Below, one piece after another: positions 54,240 to 64,000 of a stretch of 64,000 nucleotides of DNA. The number at the start of each line of letters is the position of its first letter. Within the stretch, counting starts at the first letter, position 1. Origin of the DNA: Tubulanus polymorphus (Eukaryota; Animalia; Nemertea). Both the position numbers and the translations under genes were made by a program. The notes under the pieces were generated by a model. The model saw nothing but the letters and a program-made list of their open reading frames with translations. It was not told the origin of the DNA and searched no databases. The DNA lies in NCBI RefSeq assembly GCF_964204645.1, contig NC_134025.1, forward strand, positions 28,624,299-28,688,298, written 5' to 3'.

Positions 54240-54554
54240 GCAGGGATTCGAACCTGATGGCATCGAGATTGCCACGGCACGAAACCCTGCCATAATCGAC
54301 CGTGTGCGCAGATACATGCGCAGTTCAGATGATGTGATTTTTAGCCAATCAGAAATCCCGTTTTATTTTAGCCCGGGTTTTCCCATTTATAGTTCTTCCT
54401 TGAAATTTGCCTCAACGATTATACAACGAGCAATCTGATTGGTGCCGCCAGTTTTCGTTCGGAAAGCTGCGCATGTACCTGCGCACCCGGTCTACTGATG
54501 CAGGGGTTCGTGCCGTGGCTGAGTGTAGCGATGCCATCAGGTTCGAGTCCCTGC
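54240..54554. mobile_element. MITE-like inverted element (~90-bp arms) in the synaptotagmin 5' region
   Basis: 54240-54325 is the reverse complement of 54465-54554 apart from a small indel; CCAAT boxes are also mirrored; each outer end has GGTTCGARTCC; GGAAGACCC occurs on both flanks (54228, 54567). Confidence 0.75.
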
Positions 54555-56364
54555 AGAGGGAGGATGGGAAGACCCTAGGCGAGAGATATTTACGGCGCAA
54601 CCTCATTGTTTACAGTTGGATACCAATTTACGTTCAGCCATTAGTTTGAAAATAGATCCCCATGCACGTGGATTAATCCGATTTTACCATGGTGACAAAA
54701 CACGGACTCTGAGTTAAGATTTGACTCGAGAGTAAATAACCCGTTAAAAATGTACCAATTCTAACTCGTTAAATATCTTGACGCGTTTATAGCAGACTTT
54801 AATTATCTTCTATCATGAAGTTTGGGCGTCGTTCGTTGTTTCTATGGATAACGCTTCAATTCTGTAGAGTATCACGTTCTATCTTCACAGTACGTAATTG
54901 GATATTTTATGAAATCAGAATTAATCAAGAAATCCTACTCTTAACTATTCACAGGGGCCTACAAAATACAGAATACAAACACGCATTTCAGACAGCCAGA
55001 TAAACACCGTTTATTCATTGTGAATCCTGATATTTTTAAGGTTTTCCAGTACATGTATTCGATTGTTTTGACCGTGGATCGTGATGTGAATAGAATTTAC
55101 CAAAACGTTCTAAATCATGTGAAAAACAAATGCTGAACATTTTGTAAACATACTTATTTTCTATCCATTAACTCCGGAATGGGAATACGCCAAGGGCTTT
55201 ATGAGATCATAAAGCATAACGGCATGTAATAATTGGGCAGATTTACAAAACAGCCTGTATAATTCCCACTCATGTCCCTGCTGATAAAACCTAATACAAC
55301 AACACCGCCATCACAGCGTGCGGAGTGCTTCAACATTCAACATCATTGCAGCTGAATTAACATCCCACTAAAAACGATGTTATAATTCCTTTCATAACGA
55401 CTCACTGGATTTGGGACTTTTTCCAAGACAGGCTTCCTAAAAAAAGAAAATCTACCAAGCCCCACATGAATTAGTCGCATTTTCTTGAAAGTCTTTGAGA
55501 TATATGCATAACTTATAAAGCTTGCAATGATCGGTTGCGACAGCATTCTACTCAACCAATTATTCATGAAGTTTAATTTCATTTCAAGGGTCTTGTAAAT
55601 CTCTGAATGCCTCATGAACTGGGATCGGATGGTACATCTCTAGAGAAAGTGTAAACAACAACATTATGTGGGATCTGATATGAAATCGGATAGCCTGCAT
55701 TTTGAACCGTAAAATGTTTTAAACGAACAGATTTCGTCTAAAATGTTTTACTATATCATATAAGCTACATATCACAAACACTGTTTTCGGCAATAAACTA
55801 AGCTGATACCATGGCTAAACTGAACAGGAATGTTTAAAAAGATGACATCTATACATCCGTGCTGATGAGATGCGCAAAGGTATATCAAGGATGTGCGTCA
55901 TATTGTCTCATGCCGAACGGGATTCTTTCGGAATGCTTTTCGTTTATTAATCGCCAAAATTGCAGCAATTCGCACCGAGAAAATACGTACTTAGAAACAA
56001 AACCCCTTGTGCGGTACTGACGTAGTTTTCTGCTTGAGGATTTTATCACCTATTCTTGACCGGAAGCATATCGTGGAGTTAATGCGACCGATCCCCCCTC
56101 CAGGCGTTAACTACATGATAATGAGTTGCTAATTATGATACCCATAGTCATATATATTACGTTATAATCACATATTCTCCGAAGTCACCATAATTCTGAC
56201 CTAAATTACATGTTTATGACTATACAAGGAGGTTTACTCTCGAAATATTATACTGACTGAATTTCATAAAATGATTTCTACAATCTCTCATTTACCTGTT
56301 ATCTGTTATAGTAATATAATATAGTCTTCGACTGAACAATCCAAACGTTTCATTTCCATTTTAC

Positions 56365-56396
56365 TATTGACGTTTGAACTAGTTTAAACGTCCATG
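56365..56396. mobile_element. Second, degenerate 32-bp copy of the CATGGACGT mini-element
   Basis: TATTGACGTTTGAACTAGTTTAAACGTCCATG (two TIRs sharing the central CTAG), flanked by ATTTTAC and GTTTTAC. Confidence 0.65.
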
Positions 56397-57619
56397 GTTT
56401 TACCAAATTGATGTTGCCTTTAACTGCGGTATTGAGATAAGAATATTTCTATTGCACGATGAACCGTCATGCAAAATATTCATTATACAATGGCAGAAAT
56501 ATGAAATCATTACTGCATATGATGATGAATTATTACATGTCTGTAGATTTTGTTGCTGTAAAAGTCAAACCTATTTAGTGATTAAATTGCAAATGCACCG
56601 AAAAGTCATTATTTCCATCAACAAGTCCAATATATAGATACTCCTACTACTGTAATTGCTTTCGCACCTTTTTGAAAGATACTCTCTATCATACTGACTC
56701 GTTACTTGTCGCCCACACCGCTATCGTGTCATTCGAATCTCATTCTTTGATAGGTTTCCCATTACGAAAATGCCTTCATTAATTTCATTTCTCTTTGTAA
56801 GAAGCGCTCTATCTTGCTTTTATTGACAACGACCGTCTTAGTGAAATTAGCAAATTGGAAAAAATCATTAACCAGCGTCACGGGGTTTTAAACACATGAG
56901 CGCCGGAAAAAAGTGTGACATCTTATTTAGCTTCATTGGAAGTAATATCAATGCGCCGGATTATCATACGATTCGTAAAAGCACATATTTTCTAACCAAT
57001 TCGTCGATTCTAAGCTTTTACTCGCATCCCCCTTAGAGCGTACGAGCTAATTTTTGCGTAATGAATATTATTGTCAGATTGGTCATAATTTCTACATTAA
57101 AGTGATTGATCGAGGGCTGGTATATCCCTCAGGTAAAAACTGACTGTACGCGTGTGGGTGTTAGTTGATTTATGATGATTAGTAGTGGACATGCATGTTA
57201 GCTTAAGTCGACGGTAATGTGGGGTAATGTGTACATTGCCGCGGGCTAGCTATGCAGTCCGACTGTCAGTCATATATACTGTCCTTACACTGACAGAACA
57301 AAATTAAACTCAAAACCATCTGTACCAGCACCATAGACACTGAACGCCGATCATCAACATGGTGTAGAGCAGGGAAATTGTATCAATTATCCCCACAAGA
57401 TATGAGTTGCTTAGTAACAATATTGCGATAAGTACACTTAAACGACCTTTCTAGAAAATAAAGCTGCAATGCCCCCATGACATTACAGCTTCTTCCGCAT
57501 ACTGATTGAATTAATGAATATTTGGCAAACATTTTGTTGGAAATATCAGAATTGAAAATTTCAGAGATAATCGTGAGTCAGTCCTTGGGAGGTCCTTGAA
57601 GTGGACTGAAGCAATATCG

Positions 57620-57830
57620 TTTTGATTTGATTTTAATTTGATTTATTTGAAGATTATAATGGTACAAATATAAATACATAATTGTTACAAAATTTATACG
57701 TATAATTTATGACAATCATCGAGACCTCGGAAATCATTATGTGATTGTCAAGCCGAGGCTCTGGAGCAGATAACAAATGCAATTATGAAAAGAAGGAATA
57801 TTGAGAATGATGGAATGATACTATTTGGAT
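57620..57830 (-). mobile_element. Probable 3' end remnant of a LINE/SINE (CR1/L2/RTE-like)
   Basis: On the minus strand, a stem-loop GAGCCTCGG...CCGAGGTCTC (57721-57761) is followed by an AT-rich stretch, AATAAA and a (TCAAA)n-type tail. Confidence 0.4.
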
Positions 57831-58653
57831 AATGAGAAGGATGCAAAATTCGATGTTTCTTAGCAACTCATATAGGTATCATGTGTCATCAACGTAATTA
57901 TTGACAAGCAGCACACATGTATGGTATTTCAATCGACACAAATCGGATTTTATTCTAAAAACGGTGCTACTCATTTCGAGCTGTTTGACGCTGGTTGTTT
58001 TTATTATTTTGCGATAACATAAATTTATATTCGTGTCAATAGAATAAACAGAAGGTTCTATCATATAAATTGATGTAAAATATCGAATGACGTCTTCGCG
58101 TCATTATAGTACATGTGATGGATATGTATATCATGCCTTTAATCATTGGATAAACATTCACTGATCGAATCGGGCGATTATTCCGAGAATTCAGGAGTAG
58201 GTATTGATATTAACATCAGTTTTAAGGATAGAAATATGATTGCATCCATTTAGGGTGCGACTTGTTGTCTTAAAGAAATACCGAAATAGATGTCATTCCA
58301 ACAGGCCATGTCAAGTAGATATTTTGTTCGTATTTTGTTTGTTGTGATACTTTAAATGAAACAGTAAAAATGGATGCGATGAATGAATTGTGTCAAGAAT
58401 ATCATAGAAAGCGGCTCTTCGCTCGCCTTCAATTTACAGACCGGCTGCCATCTTACACTGAAAGAAAGACCCCTCTCTCCCCTCTCTCCGAAATGTGAGA
58501 CAGCATACTACATCTGAACTACATAGGCCTATCAATACATGTTTTACACATATACGAATCGTCAATGAACATGCCTTTAGCTAAATCGATACTCGCAGGG
58601 ACTGAAATCATTTCCACAAATTAATCTATAATTTGACTAAAAATCGTTGCTTA

Positions 58654-58840
58654 CCTGTGATTTTAGCGATACCATATGTAATAAGTTAGTACCATGTCGT
58701 AGAATATGATTGACGATTGTGGCCGTTATGTCGTGTTATGAGGCTGACTGACTAGTGTGGATAGAAATTACTCTCTCAGTTCGTTCTCTGATATTGTCAG
58801 CAGCTGTTTACATGACGTCACTTACTGTACTCAACCAATC
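58654..58840 (-). promoter_or_regulatory. Candidate synaptotagmin promoter and first non-coding exon
   Basis: GTAAGC donor at ~58653, TCAGT Inr-like site at ~58750, perfect CRE TGACGTCA at 58813-58820 and CCAAT at ~58835; lies between the channel stop and the Syt coding exons. Confidence 0.35.
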
Positions 58841-59402
58841 GATATAGCCAGTTCTGATGATAATGGCGTCGTAAGGTTGTTGGTTGTCGCGGAGCCGCTC
58901 AAAGTAAGAGTTGAATACGTATATGAATTAACGAAGAGTCGACGATTTGTCGGTTTATCCGTGTCATCAGATCGTAAGAGCTTCTGATTTTATCAAATGT
59001 TCTTATAATGAAGTTAGTTCAATCGATTGTTAAATCTCTAACAATACAAATTCAATTTTGCAAGATGATATTACGACATGGATATCATCTATACGTCGCC
59101 TGTTATATTTTTTATTTTGGCTCGTTTCCCTTCGGCAAACTTTTCATATCGATCAGCGCTGAATAGCTGTGGCGGGTTAACGATACTTTAGATAATAAAC
59201 ACAACCGAGTTTAGAATAGAATGAAGCGAATAATTTATTTTCCATGGTTTATGATAGAAAAGATATGATATTCAAGTAAAATACAGACATGTAAATACGT
59301 AATACATTACATAATGAAATTGTCTTAGGACATCGCAGGTACATAATAATAATGAAAATCAAAAAACCTTTTTTAGTTAATCATGTTTTGCCGCAAGTTT
59401 TA

Positions 59403-62400
59403 TTAGTTGGTTTTTTCGCTTTCTTTCGTCTTTTCTTTGAGTCGCTTTCTTGTCTTGATCGGCCCACCGTAAAACAATGCGTCAAAAATTTCAAACGCCG
59501 TTATAAGACTGGCACCAATACACAGACCCATAGATCCTCCAATATCACCTAAAAAAACAAAACATATATTCAAATCATAAATAGATGATGTCGGTTTTAG
59601 GATACGGACCAGGATAACTTAGTTTCTTTAATTAAGTGATTAGCTGATGATGTGTATGGCCAATCATAGCATTTATATTACTGTGGATAAGGTAACTTAG
59701 GCTAATACTTACTCCATAGATTGGTAAGAGAATACCCAATTTGTTGCGTGATTTCTTCATAACTCAACTCCGCAATGTAAATGTCGAGGTTTAGAAAATT
59801 ATTCCTAGAAATAGAAGTTGAAGGCGGTGGTTATGGTTTTGAAAAAAAAACATTCGATGATGAAATTACAGAAATAGATGTGGAATTAATTCATATATAC
59901 ACATATTTAATTAACCTTATGAATTCAGTGCTGATTTGACTCGCGTTCAGATATTCGGTGAAATATACTTTGTAATTTTGAAAATGGTCGATAATCAGCG
60001 CATCGGCTGAGCCAAGAATCGATCTGTAGTTCGATGCGGAGGTCAGGTTGAACAGAGCCGGTTTTAGAAGACCATCTAGTTTTGATCTTGAAACATCGAC
60101 GAGATCTAATAGCTCGGCCTGTGTGTTTTGACGAACAGCATCGCACCGTTCCGCCGGAATAAGTTCTTGTAGAACCAGCTCCATATCGTGGCAGGTTGAC
60201 GTATTCATTTGTTCTGGGTAGTAAGATCGTAAGTCGTCTGTTAAGTTCCCGTAAAATGTTGCCGAACATCCTGTAGTCATTAATGTCGTCAGTTTATCCG
60301 ATATGAAACCCATAACATTAAAGTTGTCGTTAATATTCTGATCGTATATTCTGATTTCATTGAAGACTTTCCACAAGGATAATATTGCATTTTGGACCGG
60401 ATCGCTTATGATCAATTTCGAGAACTCAGTTTTGCTCGAATTTGGATCATTCAGAAAATTGTTAGCTTCATTTACAAAACTTGCGAGTCGTTTTTCGTTT
60501 GGGGAAAATTCGCGAATTGCGGTTTTTATTCCATTACAGAAATTAACGATTTGGGCACTCATCGTGATGAAATCAGAATAAGTGCTTTGAAATATTTCTA
60601 TTTCGTTTTTTAAGTGTTCGTATGGCTTGAAAGCAATGCGATCGCTAAGCAAGAATTGATAGTACACGTATTTCTTGGAACCGCTTTCAATTTTTGCAAG
60701 CTGTGACTCTAAACTAGCGAAATCCAAGATGCTCCCATTTCTATATCCGTCCATCAATGCTAGAGTTTCATTGAGACCAGAGATAATACTATCAGATCCT
60801 ATTTTCAATTCATCGAAAATAGATTTTTGCGGGTCCGGAAAGTAACATAGTGCAGAGAAAAGAGCGTCATATTTGGGAACCCGGGTGTATTTATAGATAC
60901 TCATAGGCTTTCCTTCAATGTAACCTCGATACACAAACCCCATTTTCACCTGCGATACGGCAACCAGATTCAACCGACTCAAAGTTCTCGTTATTATCGC
61001 GTCGACTGCAAACGAACTCTGAGAGTCATAACGTGGCCCTAACTGTCCAATCAAAACTCGAAGGTCTGTCAAAAATGCGAAGTAGTCCTTGGCCACGAAC
61101 TGGAAATACCGGTCCCGTCTTAGTTCAAATCCACGATTAACGTTATGCCGAATGATATAATCAGCAAACGCTAACACATTATCGTGAACTTTTTTATACG
61201 GTTCAAAAGATTTCTTCATGGCATTGATTTGTTGAAGTATGAAATTCGTCTGTATGTCCACCCGCGAGAATATATCTCCAAGTACAGAGATTTCTCTGAT
61301 GATATTTGTCACATATTGACGATCGACTGTCGCCAGTTTCTTCAGTAATTTGTATCTCTTTTCTCTGGCATTAACGAATTGTCTTGTGACCTGGTGAATA
61401 TAAGTTTTATTACGATTAAGCAGTCTATCTCTGTCAATATCAGATAACGCCCCTCCGGATATAAGCGGTTTGTACAGTGTCTGTTTACAAGGGATCGGAC
61501 ATCGACAATCTGAAGCTCCGAGACTGTCTGAAAAAGTAAAGATATATTCACCTGAACCGGATTCCACAGTACCCGAGTAAAATTTGATCCAATAATCAGA
61601 ACTTTCAACCAAAATTCGAATTTAAATCTGAAGGTCTTAAGTTGAACTGGGGAAATGGTACTGTGTATTTCACAAGAAATGTTTGTGTACACGATTCTTA
61701 TAAGCAATTTCTGTATTACCAAGAATAGGGTCCACGCAATCTGTGATGTCTTCGATGGTGCATTCAGGAAATTGTTCGTCAGCTATATAGAAATAGAACA
61801 GATCTGATCTGCACTTGAGAGTCAAATTTCTTGTTTAATAGATATTGAGTGATGGTAACAGATTAACAATTCGATACACGAGCCGCGCACAATGCGTTTC
61901 TACTAAATAAATGATGTTATGGACTCCACCGTTTTTGTGAGTGTCCTTGGCTCACCATTTACGCATTTACTTTGTTTACGGTCGGATAACAACTTATAAT
62001 AATAAAGGTCTAATCGTAATAAGAGTAAGTTGTTTGTTTACCTTCGCTATCATCCAGGTAAAAGTCACGGCATTTACATTTTTCACGTATCTTAGTTTGT
62101 TTACATTCAGTCTGACAAGCGGCTACGGAGTATGGGAAATATTTCAGTGTGACAGAATCATCGCATTTACCATACGGAGTCTTTAGATTATTCACCTTGA
62201 AAAAACAAACGTTTCTTATTGCAGTCTCGTCCTGGAGACGTGAGAACTTTTTTTAAGAATTTTCTTGGAAATCTTAAATTGAATGAAAGATGATTTAATT
62301 CCGAGTAAAAGTTAAATGGCCACCGGTTGAAAAACCATGAAATAAGATAAGATTGAATTTTTATTAATCTTTATGATTTTTCAAAAAGCAAAAAGATTTA

Positions 62401-63964
62401 AATATTATGTCGGAACTCACCTCTAGAATACTAACTCCAATGAGGGCATGTGTCCCCGGAGAGAGAGCTTGACCTTGATACTTGACCAGCGGAAACTCCG
62501 CGGGTGAATGTATAAGTACCTTCAAACCAGCGCCGTCTGACGGACCATCCATGTACTCGTATTGTTCAACATTAATCTGCAATCGAAGCCCCCCACTCGT
62601 ACCTAAAACAGAAGGAAGCCGATATTCAGAAAGAAAAGAAACGACCGGTTATAGCATTTTTGGGCGGTTGATGAATTTACCTTCCTGCGTGACCAGTCGT
62701 TTCTTGTTCGCGTGATTACTTCTATGATTGAAGGTAAAACAGACGCCGTAATCCGTGACGATTCGTTTGAAATCACTATGTGCACATTCCGAACCAGCCC
62801 ACTTGCAACTGCGGATAAACAGGAATCATCTGTTAAATCTTGTAAATCATGTTAAATCTGTCATCTATTGTTCATTCTACCTGACGATGAAGTCGGTTAC
62901 GTCGTGAGCTGCAGTATTTAAGATATCACTCATCGTTAAATTCATTTTATCGTGATCTTCATGTTCCGAGTCACTGGCGGCATGTGTCGTATAAAACTCG
63001 TGTAACGTGTCATACAAATTCATCTCGGCTATCTTCGATATTCTACCGGCATAAAAAAAAAATCTTTAGCTTCGTTACCGAATGATGCAGTAACAAAGAC
63101 AAATATACTTGTAAAAGTACTTTCTGTCGTTGAAATTTGTGGCGGAATTGGTTTTTTGAAAGGTCCGATCTCTTACCGAAAATCGTTTTGATTGCACAAG
63201 GTAACGGCCGGAAAACTAAGCGATTCATTATAGTTTACTTTGACGTTGACAGAAACTGGTCGATTGAAGAATAGGATGATACTATTGATGGCCTGAATAC
63301 AGAACAACGTTAAACCGGCCAGAACTATCATTCCCCAAATCATCCTGAAAAATTAATATTCTAGCCTTTTGAAATGAATGAATGACGGGGTATTCTCGGA
63401 AACGAAAAGTAATACTCAATTTCAGCAGAGTTGAGTTTTGTTAGATTTTTGTTTTTATTTGTTTGAAGTCGAATGATTAGAAATTAACTAATCTTAACTC
63501 AAAGCTTATTATAAAAAAGGACTCAAACCGAGGCCTCACATACTCCTAGCTTACCGACGAATAAAGTACGGTTGAGCCTCTGTTACACGACTCAAACCAT
63601 GCAAAGTTGTATTCTCTGTAAAATCCTTCACCATCTTCAAACACGCACTACCAGATTCAGTTGCATCCTTTTCAACCGTTTCCATGTCTTCGGCTTTCAG
63701 ACAGTTTTCCGCTTTACTAGAAACATCGTCCTTGACGTTTCTATCATTCTTATTCTCATCCGATATTTCTTCGAAACCATCATCAGTTTCTGCAGTAATA
63801 TGTGTCGTCTCAAAGCTACTGTCAATCTTAGAATGAACATCCTCGTTTGAACTTTCATCGAGAAATTCTCTTTTAGACGTGGCTTCATCTTCACCATTGT
63901 CAGTATGGCCCTCGCTATTTACGACATTTTCTTCAACAACAACGCATTCCTCAGAAATGGCCAT
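59403..63964 (-). CDS. DEG/ENaC (ASIC/HyNaC-like) ion channel subunit, ~1038 aa, 10 exons, with a large extracellular insertion
   Basis: Exons 63555-63964, 63177-63344, 62881-63042, 62681-62808, 62421-62602, 62042-62195, 61720-61782, 59916-61527, 59713-59804, 59403-59548, in frame (3117 nt). Motifs: FTENTTLHGL, TM1, FPAVTLCNQNDFR, TDYGVCFTFN, GLKVLIH, Cys-rich thumb, NFLNLDIYIAELSYEEITQ, SDIGGSMGLCIGAS. The frame stays open to the window edge, so the start may be further upstream. Confidence 0.96.
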
Positions 63965-64000
63965 GTCTATTTTACATGTATCCACCACTGATTCTTTCGC

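Noticed and set aside
54500-54554. Functional tRNA gene
   Set aside because: The A/B box spacing is too short and there is no anticodon arm, cloverleaf or terminator.
59891-61612. 573-aa ORF as a stand-alone gene
   Set aside because: It is exon 8 of the DEG/ENaC gene (59916-61527) plus intronic overhangs, and its phases match both neighbouring exons.

Overview
AT-rich eukaryotic (animal, invertebrate; probably a spiralian or other marine invertebrate by inference) genomic DNA with short GT-AG introns. The ORF track is mostly noise, so gene models were rebuilt by hand from splice sites and checked for frame continuity. Bases 1-30 kb are gene-poor, with a 30-bp minisatellite, candidate non-coding minus-strand exons, one strand-asymmetric hairpin and a CRE-like cluster. 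Bases 30-46 kb are a busy accessory patch: an unprocessed purple acid phosphatase (ACP7-like) pseudogene, an intact theta/delta-type GST with Gly at the catalytic-Ser position, a Helitron-like 3' end, a foldback element, a two-repeat DM9-type lectin, an intronless degraded ~320-codon ORF (possible endogenous viral element), an eclosion-hormone-like neuropeptide precursor with a long basic tail, and a 6-exon secreted protein with two 8-Cys NYCGGC modules that is missing from the ORF track. Bases 47-64 kb hold a synaptotagmin-alpha-like gene and a 10-exon DEG/ENaC channel whose extracellular knuckle carries a ~490-aa insertion encoded within one 1.6-kb exon, the most striking feature of the window. 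Two 32-45-bp P/Galileo-like mini-elements with 7-bp target duplications and an inverted element with Pol III-like boxes are also present. No database searches were run; family calls rest on recalled motifs.
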